Origin: an uncultured Actinomycetes bacterium
GTDB taxonomy: Bacteria; Actinomycetota; Actinomycetes; S36-B12
Assembly: GCA_903960135.1 (NCBI GenBank)
Contig: CAJBZP010000106.1
Location: forward strand, 352 to 64,351
Length of the DNA: 64,000 bases
Direction of reading: 5' to 3'
Shown: in pieces, positions 45,510-54,371 of the stretch
Layout of the letters: every line of letters begins with the position of its first letter
Position numbering within the stretch: the first letter of the stretch is position 1
Translations under genes and position numbers: made by a program
The notes under the pieces: generated by a model
What the model saw: the letters and a program-made list of their open reading frames with translations, nothing else
The model's database searches: none
What the model was told of the DNA's origin: nothing

Positions 45510-46345
45510 GAACTGGCGATAAATCGCTCGGCTTGTGCTACGTCTGCGCCATCGTGCAGCATCGCCATGATGGCCCGGGTCATGCCGACTGGATTTTGGT
45601 GCTGGATGATATTGCGGCCGTACACCACGCCGGCGGCACCGGCTTTCAACATTGCCGCTGTCCGGGTTAGTAGCTCGCGGTCGGGGACTTTGCCGCCACC
45701 ACGCACCAGCACCGGCACGCCGGTTGCGGTCTGAATGACGTCACGATACGCCTCCGGATCATCCGTCGGGTCAGCCTTGATGATGTCGGCACCGAGTTCA
45801 ACGGCTTGCCGTACGACCGGCAAAATTGTGTTGACGTCACCATTGACCGAGTATGCACCGGACTCGGATTCCTTCATCGCCAGCGGCTCGACCATGAGGG
45901 GCATGCCGTAGCGATCGCAGTCGGCACGGGCGAGCAGCACATTTTGCAAGCACGCCTCGCGGACCTCTGGCCGCCCCGGCAGGTCAAAGAGATTGACCAC
46001 TACGCAGGCTGCATCAAGTTGCACACCGCGCAGCGCGGGCTCGGGAATCATCAGGCTGTACATGTAGTCAGGTAATGGGTTGCCGTAGACATTTGCCACA
46101 TCGGTGCGAAGGACCAAGGCCGGGCGATGGCGCCCGCCCAGGCCCTGTAACAGGTGGGCCTGGCCGACCGTCAATTGAATGGCATCGGGCTCGGCGGCGG
46201 CTAAAGTCTGGACCGCGCTGGCTAGATCCTCGATCCCGGTCAAGAAGCCGCGCTCACCGAAGAATCCGTGGTCAACGGCAATATCCAGGCAGCGGCCGGA
46301 CTTTGGGTTAAAGAGCCGGCGCAGTCGAAACTCATGGTTTGTCAT
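45506..46345 (-). CDS. class I (DhnA/FbaB/LsrF-type) aldolase family protein
   Basis: LDIAVDHG, and the Schiff-base Lys region GADIIKAD, then VLVRGGG and YGRNI. 4-nt overlap with the downstream oxidoreductase gene. Confidence 0.75.
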   Translation of the reverse strand: MTNHEFRLRRLFNPKSGRCLDIAVDHGFFGERGFLTGIEDLASAVQTLAAAEPDAIQLTVGQAHLLQGLGGRHRPALVLRTDVANVYGNPLPDYMYSLMIPEPALRGVQLDAACVVVNLFDLPGRPEVREACLQNVLLARADCDRYGMPLMVEPLAMKESESGAYSVNGDVNTILPVVRQAVELGADIIKADPTDDPEAYRDVIQTATGVPVLVRGGGKVPDRELLTRTAAMLKAGAAGVVYGRNIIQHQNPVGMTRAIMAMLHDGADVAQAERFIASS

Positions 46346-46411
46346 GGTTTGAGCCTATCCTCAGGGGCGTAGGGGTTTTCGACCTGTTGGTAAAGCCCGA
46401 AGGGAGCAGCC

Positions 46412-47764
46412 ATGGCACCGCAGTTGCTCGTGGGCTTGGACATGGGCACCACCAGGATCAAGGCGGTGGCCGTTGATCTGGCAGGTCAGCAGGTAGCCGA
46501 GGCAGCGCTGCCAACCCCGTGGCGCCACGTCGGCGCCGAGGCGGACGCGGACCCAATAGACCTAGCGGTGACCGCCACCGGGGTGCTCACCTTGCTGACG
46601 ACGTCGGCTAGCTGGCCGACCGGGGCCAAGGTCACCGGCATCGGCGTCACCGGAATGGCTGAGACCGGGATCTTGCTGGATGCGACCGGTGCGGTAGTCG
46701 CACCGGCCTTGGCGTGGCACGACCCACGCGGTGAAGTAGAACTAATTGAGCAGCATATTTCGCCACCTGAGTTTCATCGGCATGTCGGGATGCGGCTGAA
46801 CTCAAAACCATCGGTGGCCAAGATCTTGTGGCTACAGCGAAATATTCCGGGGGCCAGCGAAGCCGTTCGGCATTTGTGTGTTGCCGAGTGGATCGTCCAT
46901 TACCTCGGCGGTGAGCAGGTAGGTGAGTTGTCTTTAACCTCACGCACGGGGCTATTCGATGTGGTTACTTGCGAACCCTGGGAGCAAACCCTGCGTTTGA
47001 CCGGCGACCTTTTGCCGAGCCGCTTTGTCATAGCCGGAACCGATTGTGGTTCGGTCCGCAACTACCTACCCGATGCATATCTAGGTGCGGTTTTGACCGT
47101 AACCGGGATGGATCATCAGTCTGCTGCCTTCGCCTCCGGTGCCGCAATAGCGGGCGTGTTCTTTAATTCGATGGGTACAGCTGAGGCCTTGATGCGATTT
47201 GCGCCGGCACCGCTATCGCGCGATGAGATTGAACTACTTGTTGATCAAGATGCCGCTGTGCTTTGGTCGGTTATCCCAGACCACTTCTGTGTACTCGCAG
47301 CGACTTTGTCGGGCCTGTCGATGGAGCGGGTGCACGCATTACTTGGCGTGAAGACCCGCGAACAAGCCAGGGAGTTGGCCAGGGCAGCACTTGGTGTTGA
47401 TCGATTGACTTCCGCAATGAAATTGGATCCAGCCTCGCACCGTGGCCTTCGGCTTTCCGGGATAGATGACGAATCGTCACCGGCATTGGCTTGGCGGGTT
47501 GCGGTCGAAGACCTCCTCGCACAAAGTGCCACCATGACGGATTTCGTCGAGAGCGTGATCGGTCCAAGAACTTCGGCGGTGGTGGGTGGTGGCTGGATCC
47601 ATGATGCGATGGTTGCTGAGGTCAAGAAGCGGCGACTTGGTGATTACCGCACCTGTGACGTTAATGAACCGGGCGCGATTGGCGCGGCCCTCTTCGCGGG
47701 CATCGCCACTGGTGCGCTCAGCAGGCCTGGGCCGTCAGAGCGTCCGACTTGGCCGCAGTCTTGA
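46412..47764 (+). CDS. FGGY family carbohydrate kinase
   Basis: N-terminal LVGLDMGTTRIKAV, then GMDHQSAAF and a C-terminal GGG...GAIGAAL. Confidence 0.8.
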   Translation: MAPQLLVGLDMGTTRIKAVAVDLAGQQVAEAALPTPWRHVGAEADADPIDLAVTATGVLTLLTTSASWPTGAKVTGIGVTGMAETGILLDATGAVVAPALAWHDPRGEVELIEQHISPPEFHRHVGMRLNSKPSVAKILWLQRNIPGASEAVRHLCVAEWIVHYLGGEQVGELSLTSRTGLFDVVTCEPWEQTLRLTGDLLPSRFVIAGTDCGSVRNYLPDAYLGAVLTVTGMDHQSAAFASGAAIAGVFFNSMGTAEALMRFAPAPLSRDEIELLVDQDAAVLWSVIPDHFCVLAATLSGLSMERVHALLGVKTREQARELARAALGVDRLTSAMKLDPASHRGLRLSGIDDESSPALAWRVAVEDLLAQSATMTDFVESVIGPRTSAVVGGGWIHDAMVAEVKKRRLGDYRTCDVNEPGAIGAALFAGIATGALSRPGPSERPTWPQS

Positions 47765-47776
47765 CAGGGAACCGCG

Positions 47777-48304
47777 GTGGCTGAACGCGACACATCACGT
47801 GCCTTGGTCTATGCCGCTGAAAACCAATGGTCTGCGGCACTAGATCGCGGTGGGGTAATCGATTTTTTCGGCTCCCGGCTGACGTTACCGAAACAGCAGT
47901 ATTTTGAAACTGTCGAGTTGATGCAAAACTATTGCGATGACGCACTGGGCCTTGACCGGATCGTCGCGAGTTTTCCAAATACCGGGTCGGTGCTTGTGCG
48001 CGCCCGAGCCGGGCAGGCCAAAGCGCACTACGAGTTCGAGAATAGAACCATCGCCGTTCCACTTTCGGGCACCGCCGGCGTACCTGGGTGGGCCTGCTGT
48101 GAGGCGGTGCTACTGCATGAGTTGGCCCACCACCTGCTGTTTGTTGTAGCGGATCCCGCAACTAGTGCGCATGCCTTTCACGGCGGCCGGTTCACGACCA
48201 CCATGTGTCAGTTGGTCTGCGAAGTACTGGGCTTCGAGGCCGCGCTGGTGCTACAAAGTGCATTTCAAGGTGCGGGAGTAACCGTGGGCTCGTATGTCGA
48301 TTGA
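47777..48304 (+). CDS. small HExxH metallohydrolase (SprT-like; resembles the actinobacterial TIGR04338 family as I recall it)
   Basis: 175 aa with the zinc motif LLHELAHHL near the C-terminal third. GTG start. Confidence 0.6.
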   Translation: MAERDTSRALVYAAENQWSAALDRGGVIDFFGSRLTLPKQQYFETVELMQNYCDDALGLDRIVASFPNTGSVLVRARAGQAKAHYEFENRTIAVPLSGTAGVPGWACCEAVLLHELAHHLLFVVADPATSAHAFHGGRFTTTMCQLVCEVLGFEAALVLQSAFQGAGVTVGSYVD

Positions 48305-49109
48305 GCGAATTAGCGCACTTCTCGCGAAAGCCGAGCGCACCGACAATGCAGCGGAGGCTGATGCATATTTAATGAAGGCTCAAGCATTGGCAACAGCGGC
48401 GAGTGTTGATCTGGCATTTGCCAGAGCGCACACCGCGAAGATTGAAATGCGCCAAAGCCCGGAAATTCGTACTGTCACCATTGGCGAAAAGGGTAAGAGG
48501 GCCAATCAACACCTGATCTCGCTGTTCATCGCGGTGGCACACACAAATGACGCCCACGTTGACATTGCAAGTAACTCAACTTATGTCATGGCATACGGGA
48601 TGCCGGGTGATCTTGATGCGATTGAGGCACTCTTTGCCTCGTTAGCCGTGCAGATGACCTACGCGGCACAGGCGTGGATAAACCTTGGGACTTGGCGCAC
48701 CGAGTCCTATTTGTCCCACCGTAAATCCGGCGGCCGCTGGTCCCGTTCGACTAAGCCGCACACGGCCCAGACCGCGAGGGTAAGTTTCTATCGCTCCTAC
48801 ATCGCGCGGATAGAAGAGCGGCTTAAGGAAGCACGCGCGGGAGCCCGCGATCAAGTATTTGCAGAACACGGCAGGGGCCGGGCCGGTCGCAAGGCAGGTG
48901 ATCTGGTGCTGCGGGCGAAAGCCACCGAGATAAGTGACTTTCATCGCGCCAATACCGCAGCCCGCGGTGCCTGGGGCGGCTACTCGGGGGCGGTGCGCAC
49001 GGACAATGGGTCTGCTGGGGCCGCCGGCCGGCACGCGGCGTCAAATGCGCGCCTTGCTGCCCAGCGGTCACTCCCCGGTAAACCGGCAGTGGAAGGATCA
49101 AGCACATGA
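48294..49109 (+). CDS. DUF2786 domain protein
   Basis: N-terminal IERISALLAKAERTDNAAEADAYLMKAQALA, typical of DUF2786. Overlaps the upstream gene by 11 nt and ilvA by 4 nt. Confidence 0.65.
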   Translation: MSIERISALLAKAERTDNAAEADAYLMKAQALATAASVDLAFARAHTAKIEMRQSPEIRTVTIGEKGKRANQHLISLFIAVAHTNDAHVDIASNSTYVMAYGMPGDLDAIEALFASLAVQMTYAAQAWINLGTWRTESYLSHRKSGGRWSRSTKPHTAQTARVSFYRSYIARIEERLKEARAGARDQVFAEHGRGRAGRKAGDLVLRAKATEISDFHRANTAARGAWGGYSGAVRTDNGSAGAAGRHAASNARLAAQRSLPGKPAVEGSST

Positions 49110-50323
49110 CCGATGTGCCGCGACCGACTTTGGCTGATGTCGAGCTAGCGGCGGTTCGCCTTGACGGTGTTATTCGCGATCTGCCCTTGGCCGGGGCCAG
49201 GTGGCTTGCTGATTTAGTCGGTGGACCCGTCATGCTCGTGACCGAGAATCTGCAGCGAGCTGGATCTTTCAAGATCCGCGGTGCTTACAACCAGATCGCC
49301 CAATTATCTGAAGCCGAGCGGCAGCGCGGTGTTGTTGCAGCAAGCGCCGGTAACCACGCCCAGGGGGTAGCAGTTGCCGGGCAACTACTCGGAGTCAAAG
49401 TTACGGTCTTCATGCCGGATGGAGCCACCATCCCAAAAGTTGAGGCCACCAAGGGCTACGACGCCGACGTCTACTTCGCCGGCCCGACGATTGACACGGC
49501 CCTAGATGCAGCACGGGAATTCAGTGAGCGCACAGGCGCAGTACTAATTCATCCATTCGACCACGCAGACGTGGTCGCAGGCCAGGGGACTTTAGGCCTG
49601 GAGATCATCGCGAAGATGCCCGATGTAAAGACTGTCGTGGTGTGCACGGGTGGTGGCGGCCTGTTGGCTGGTGTGGCGTTGGCTATCAAATCAACCAGGC
49701 CAGATATCCGAGTGGTGGGCGTGCAAGCCGAACAGGGTGCGGCCTACCCGGCGTCGCTAAAAGCAGGCACCCCGATCGCACTTACGACGATGAACACCAT
49801 GGCCGATGGCATCGCGGTTGGCCGGCCAGGCGCGGTGCCATTTGCGATAGTCGCTGATTTGGTTGACGAAATTGTGACCGTATCTGAGGGCGAAATTGCC
49901 CGCGCCGTATTGATGCTGCTCGAACGAGCCAAGCTACTAGTGGAGCCGGCCGGTGCCGCGGCAACGGCGGCTGTCTTGGCACGGCCATCAGATTTTGAAC
50001 CACCAATCGCGGTGGTAGTCAGTGGGGGCAATGTTGACTCGCTCCTCCTGATGCGCATTATCAGGTTCGGGATGGCCGCTGCGGGCCGCTTTTTGACGGT
50101 TCGAGTCCGCGTACTTGATCGGCCGGGGTCTCTTGCACGGTTACTGGAGACCGTCCGCAACTCCAATGCGAATGTCGTCGAAGTTGAGCACAATAGATTC
50201 GACCCCGGATTGTCCGTCGATGAAGTCGATATCGTGGTGCAAGTTGAAACCCGTGGCCCTGAGCAACGCGATGCACTACTTGGTCAGCTGATCGAAGCCG
50301 GGTACGAAATCCTCGACCGATAG
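49106..50323 (+). CDS. ilvA: threonine ammonia-lyase (threonine dehydratase)
   Basis: PLP-Lys motif NLQRAGSFKIRGA, then SAGNHAQGVA and GGGGL. C-terminal ACT-like regulatory domain. Confidence 0.92.
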   Translation: MTDVPRPTLADVELAAVRLDGVIRDLPLAGARWLADLVGGPVMLVTENLQRAGSFKIRGAYNQIAQLSEAERQRGVVAASAGNHAQGVAVAGQLLGVKVTVFMPDGATIPKVEATKGYDADVYFAGPTIDTALDAAREFSERTGAVLIHPFDHADVVAGQGTLGLEIIAKMPDVKTVVVCTGGGGLLAGVALAIKSTRPDIRVVGVQAEQGAAYPASLKAGTPIALTTMNTMADGIAVGRPGAVPFAIVADLVDEIVTVSEGEIARAVLMLLERAKLLVEPAGAAATAAVLARPSDFEPPIAVVVSGGNVDSLLLMRIIRFGMAAAGRFLTVRVRVLDRPGSLARLLETVRNSNANVVEVEHNRFDPGLSVDEVDIVVQVETRGPEQRDALLGQLIEAGYEILDR

Positions 50324-50333
50324 ACTGCGCCTC

Positions 50334-51326
50334 ATGTCAGATCAACCTGCGGTCCGCGCCGAGGGCATTAGCCGTACCTTCGGTGAAGTCAAAGCCCTAG
50401 ATGGCATGGACCTCGTCGTGCAAAAGGGCCAGGTGGTTGGGCTCCTAGGCCCCAACGGCGCGGGCAAGACCACCATGGTGCGCATTTTGAGCACCCTGCT
50501 GAAGCCAACGGCGGGCCATGCCGAGGTAGCGGGGTTCGATGTGGTCAAGCAGGCTAATCAGGTGCGGCGCATGATCGGGTTGACCGGTCAGTATGCGGCC
50601 GTTGATGAGTACTTGACCGGCCGCGAAAACTTGCGCATGTTCGGCGACCTATTTCACCTGACCCCGGCCTACGTAAAGGCTAGGTCCGCGGAGCTACTTG
50701 CCTCATTTGATCTTGAGGATGCCGCGGACCGCCCGGCTCGCACCTATTCAGGCGGCATGCGTCGTCGCCTTGACCTTGCGGCGAGCCTGATTGCTCGACC
50801 GGAGATCTTGTTCCTTGATGAGCCGACAACCGGGCTCGACCCGCGCTCTCGGCTGGGAATGTGGCAGGTGATCAATGACCTCGTCGCCGAGGGCACCACG
50901 GTGCTGTTGACGACCCAGTACTTAGAGGAAGCCGATCAGTTGGCCCAAGACATAGTCGTGATTGATCACGGACATGTGATTGCCCACGGCACTGCGGAGC
51001 AACTAAAGGATCAAATTGGTGGTGATCGAATCGAGGTCACCGTTCATGACAGTGCTGTGGCCGAGCGTGCAGCTCTGGCATTAGGGTCGGTGGTCTCCGG
51101 GCAGCCGATCATCGAGGACAACAAAATCTCCGCACCTGTCAGCGGCGGTTCAATGGTGTTGGTCGGCGCGATTCGGGCACTTGATCTCGAGCAGATCGAA
51201 ATCACCGACATCATGTTGCGCAGGCCGACCCTTGACGACGTTTTCATGTCCTTGACCGGCCATCTTGCCGAAGACGAAACCCAACGCCCGGAACCAACTC
51301 GTCGAAGAGGAGCACGTAGGCGATGA
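50334..51326 (+). CDS. ABC transporter ATP-binding protein (DrrA/ABC-2 type)
   Basis: Walker [10 protein letters not shown], signature YSGGMRRRL, Walker [12 protein letters not shown]. Confidence 0.9.
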   Translation: MSDQPAVRAEGISRTFGEVKALDGMDLVVQKGQVVGLLGPNGAGKTTMVRILSTLLKPTAGHAEVAGFDVVKQANQVRRMIGLTGQYAAVDEYLTGRENLRMFGDLFHLTPAYVKARSAELLASFDLEDAADRPARTYSGGMRRRLDLAASLIARPEILFLDEPTTGLDPRSRLGMWQVINDLVAEGTTVLLTTQYLEEADQLAQDIVVIDHGHVIAHGTAEQLKDQIGGDRIEVTVHDSAVAERAALALGSVVSGQPIIEDNKISAPVSGGSMVLVGAIRALDLEQIEITDIMLRRPTLDDVFMSLTGHLAEDETQRPEPTRRRGARRR

Positions 51327-52186
51327 GCGCAATTACGGTAGGTCGCCCCGTGGCCTTACGCCGACCAATTTACGGCTGGGCCCTGCACGATGGGTTTGTC
51401 GTGGCGCGCCGAAATCTCATTCAGACACTGAGAGTCCCTGAACTGCTCTTCTTCTCACTGGTCCAGCCGGTTATCTTCGTCCTCCTCTTCGCGTATGTAT
51501 TTGGTGGCGCTATCCCTATCCCCGGTGACGGTGCCAGTTCAGCCGATGCGGCTAATGCCTATCGGCAGTACCTGATGCCGGGTATTTTCGGCCAGACGGT
51601 TGCTTTCGCGGCGGCGGCCAGCACCGTTGGGCTCGCCGAGGACATGAGCCGCGGCATCATCGATCGCTTTCGGGCCCTGCCGATGTCACCATCGGCGGTG
51701 CTGCTGGGGCGCACCTTCGCCGATGCCGTCCGCCAGATCCTCGTGCTGACCGTATTGAGCATCACCGGGTTACTAGTCGGCTGGCGGATAAATAACGGCA
51801 TAGTGAGCGCGATATTGGCATACGCGTTACTGCTTTTCTTCGCCTACACAGTTGCTTGGGTGGGCGCTTGGATCGGCCTGAGTGTGCCTAACCCGGAGAC
51901 TGCGAATACCGCCGGCTTGGTCTGGCTGTTCCCGCTTACTTTCTTGTCGAACGCGTTCGTGCCGATCTCATCAATGCCGGATTGGCTACAGCCGATTGCC
52001 GCCTACAACCCGATCTCCACTCTGGTTTTGGCGACCCGTGAGCTATTCGGGAATCCGACCGGGATCCAACCCAATTACTGGTCCCTTGACCATGCCGCGC
52101 TCTACACAATACTTTCGTGCGCGGTGCTCATTGCCATTTTCGCTCCACTTGCGGTGCGCAAGTACCGCAATGCGACGGCTCGCTAA
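51323..52186 (+). CDS. ABC-2 type transporter permease
   Basis: 287 aa with 6 TM segments. 4-nt overlap with the ATPase gene. Confidence 0.85.
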   Translation: MSAITVGRPVALRRPIYGWALHDGFVVARRNLIQTLRVPELLFFSLVQPVIFVLLFAYVFGGAIPIPGDGASSADAANAYRQYLMPGIFGQTVAFAAAASTVGLAEDMSRGIIDRFRALPMSPSAVLLGRTFADAVRQILVLTVLSITGLLVGWRINNGIVSAILAYALLLFFAYTVAWVGAWIGLSVPNPETANTAGLVWLFPLTFLSNAFVPISSMPDWLQPIAAYNPISTLVLATRELFGNPTGIQPNYWSLDHAALYTILSCAVLIAIFAPLAVRKYRNATAR

Positions 52187-52220
52187 TGAGTATCGCCTGC
52201 TAATGAGTATCGCCTGCTAA
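52182..52220. repeat. perfect 17-bp tandem duplication (x2 plus 5-nt partial) between two convergent stop codons
   Basis: GCTAATGAGTATCGCCT at 52182 and 52199, then GCTAA at 52216. The first copy contains the permease TAA (52184-52186). The partial copy contains the complement of the greA TAG (52217-52219). Confidence 0.9.
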
Positions 52221-52702
52221 CGAACATAGGGTTCGACCTTCACGATTTCGACCGACATGTCCTTGCCGTTTGCGAGTTGGTAGGTGGCGCTCTCACCAAT
52301 GCGCTTACCGAGTACCGCTGAACCAAGTGGCGACGTCGGGGAGTAGACCTCAATTGACGCATGGGCGGCTTCCTCGCGGGAGCCCAGCAAGAAGGCCTCG
52401 ACTTCGCCATCAGACGGAAAACGAACGGTGATGACCTTGCCTTGAGCAACTTCATCTACTTCGGCATCGGGCACCCCGATTTGCGCACTCTCAAGGAGTT
52501 GTCGCAATTGCCGAATACGGGCTTCACTTTTGCCCTGTTCCTCTTTAGCGGCGTGGTAGCCGCCGTTCTCCTTGAGGTCACCTTCTTCCCGGGCGAGTTC
52601 AATGCGCTTTGTTATCTCGACACGGCCGGGGCCTTCGCGCTCGGTGAGTTCGCCCTGGAGTCGGTCATATGCCTCTTGGGTTAGCCAGGTTACGTCGCTC
52701 AT
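52217..52702 (-). CDS. greA: transcription elongation factor GreA
   Basis: 161 aa. N-terminal coiled coil with EEGDLKENGGYHAAKEEQ, and a C-terminal FKBP-like domain. Confidence 0.95.
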   Translation of the reverse strand: MSDVTWLTQEAYDRLQGELTEREGPGRVEITKRIELAREEGDLKENGGYHAAKEEQGKSEARIRQLRQLLESAQIGVPDAEVDEVAQGKVITVRFPSDGEVEAFLLGSREEAAHASIEVYSPTSPLGSAVLGKRIGESATYQLANGKDMSVEIVKVEPYVR

Positions 52703-52760
52703 GAAAGAAGAGGGTAACGGTCTATTCGGAAAAGGGGTAACCGCGCACGCGAATTGTTAC

Positions 52761-53198
52761 CTATTCGGGGACCCAAGGCTGGTCTGGCGGTACGACTCCG
52801 GGCGGAAATTGCGGTTGCCGCACATTTGCGGCCAACCCAACACTGCATCCGAGTAACTCCACCACGTAGGCGGGCGCCAAAGTCCGCAGCTCGTAGTCGA
52901 TTCGAAGAGTGGACGCGCCAGGTGGAATTGAGATATCCGCGTAGCCGACATCGGCCCGGGATTTGTCTTGGGCGCGAATTACGCAGGTGACGGTGTCGGT
53001 ACCTTGCCGTTGCACATCGAAGGACACTGAAACATGGTCAGGTGCGGAGTCATCCCAAGAGACCAAAGTGGCCGTGACGGTGTCGCGAGATAGTCCGGTG
53101 GTGACGAAAACGAGGGCGAGCGCGAAGCCCACGACCAAAATGCCGGCCCCGATCATGGTGCCCCAGGGCCGGCGGTCTAGCCCGTATCTGGTGATCAT
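52761..53198 (-). CDS. DUF4307-type membrane-anchored protein
   Basis: Start taken at MITRYGLDRR, followed by one TM segment and a beta-rich domain. It occupies the conserved position between greA and mca (from memory of mycobacterial synteny). The ORF track extends to 53417. Confidence 0.6.
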   Translation of the reverse strand: MITRYGLDRRPWGTMIGAGILVVGFALALVFVTTGLSRDTVTATLVSWDDSAPDHVSVSFDVQRQGTDTVTCVIRAQDKSRADVGYADISIPPGASTLRIDYELRTLAPAYVVELLGCSVGLAANVRQPQFPPGVVPPDQPWVPE

Positions 53199-53250
53199 CT
53201 GCGGAGAGAGTTGGTCCCGGCGAAATGGCGAAGGCACGACTGCCACACTA

Positions 53251-54129
53251 ATGCTTGTGCACCGAGCCCTGCGCCTAATGGCGGTCCATGCCCACCCCGA
53301 TGATGAATCGAGCAAGGGTGCTGCCGTCACCGCCAAATACGTGTCGGAGGGCGTTGAAGTCATGGTGGTCACCTGCACCGGCGGGGAGCTCGGCGACGTC
53401 CTAAATGACGAGGCCAAGGCCGAGGTGGCCGAGCTTGGACTAACCCAGGTTCGGCGCGAGGAGATGGCACGGGCCGCGGGGATTTTGGGGGTCCGTCAAG
53501 TTTGGCTGGGTTTCCCCGATTCGGGGTTTCCCAGCGGTGACCCCCCACCACCACTGCCACCTGGCTGCTTCGCGGATCTACCCCTAGATGTTGTGACCGA
53601 GCCGCTGGTCGCACTAATCCGCGAATTCCAGCCCTTGGTAGTGACCACCTATGACGAAAAGGGTGGCTACCCGCATCCAGATCACATCCGCACCCACGAG
53701 GTCACCATGGCTGCCGTTGACGCGGCCGCGGACCCGAATGCGTACCCGGGGCTGGGCGGTGCACCGTGGCAGGTACCAAAGGTTTACTACAACCAGCAAT
53801 TCAGCAAGCAGCGAGTACTCGCATTACATTTGGCTATGACCGACGCGGATCTGGAGTCACCGTATGACGACTGGCTGAAGAATTGGGAGGATCGCCCCGA
53901 AGACGCTGACCGCATCACCACCCGGGTCGATGCCGCTGCCTGGTTTGAGGTGCGCGACCAAGCACTGCTGGCGCATCGCACGCAGATCGATCCACGTGGG
54001 CGCTGGTTCGCGGTGCCGATGGACATGCAAAAAGCGGTCTGGCCGACCGAGGATTTCCAGTTGGCGCGCTCGACGGTACCTATCGAGATTCCTGAAAATG
54101 ATTTATTCGCCGGACTAAGGGGCAGGTAA
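53251..54129 (+). CDS. mca: mycothiol conjugate amidase Mca (LmbE/PIG-L deacetylase family)
   Basis: N-terminal LRLMAVHAHPDDES, then GGYPHPDHI. About 292 aa from the chosen ATG. Confidence 0.85.
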   Translation: MLVHRALRLMAVHAHPDDESSKGAAVTAKYVSEGVEVMVVTCTGGELGDVLNDEAKAEVAELGLTQVRREEMARAAGILGVRQVWLGFPDSGFPSGDPPPPLPPGCFADLPLDVVTEPLVALIREFQPLVVTTYDEKGGYPHPDHIRTHEVTMAAVDAAADPNAYPGLGGAPWQVPKVYYNQQFSKQRVLALHLAMTDADLESPYDDWLKNWEDRPEDADRITTRVDAAAWFEVRDQALLAHRTQIDPRGRWFAVPMDMQKAVWPTEDFQLARSTVPIEIPENDLFAGLRGR

Positions 54130-54371
54130 TGGATCCAGATCCGACCAACGAACTCGGCAAGCTGATCGACGGTGCTGGGCCCATCGCCGGGCTATTCGTC
54201 CTCGCCCTCGGAGTTGCGTTAGCCCTCCTTTGGTTTTCACTAAATCGGCAGATGAAGCGCATTAACCCGGACCTGCCGATGGGCCGCGATGACAAAGAAC
54301 AGGCGGCGGATCGCGAATTGACGAAAGAGGCTGTCGAACGAGGTGCAGATGAGCAACCGCCCAACTCCTAG
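54129..54371 (+). CDS. small single-TM membrane protein (80 aa)
   Basis: TAATG overlap with mca. One TM segment (IAGLFVLALGVALALLWF) and a charged tail. Confidence 0.5.
   Translation: MDPDPTNELGKLIDGAGPIAGLFVLALGVALALLWFSLNRQMKRINPDLPMGRDDKEQAADRELTKEAVERGADEQPPNS

Noticed and set aside
52963-53250. 96-codon N-terminal extension of mca, and the 73-codon extension of the DUF4307 gene (53199-53417).
   Set aside because: The two extensions overlap each other on opposite strands. The internal starts give canonical N-termini (LRLMAVHAHPDDES for Mca, MITRYG plus TM for DUF4307) and leave a 52-bp divergent promoter gap.
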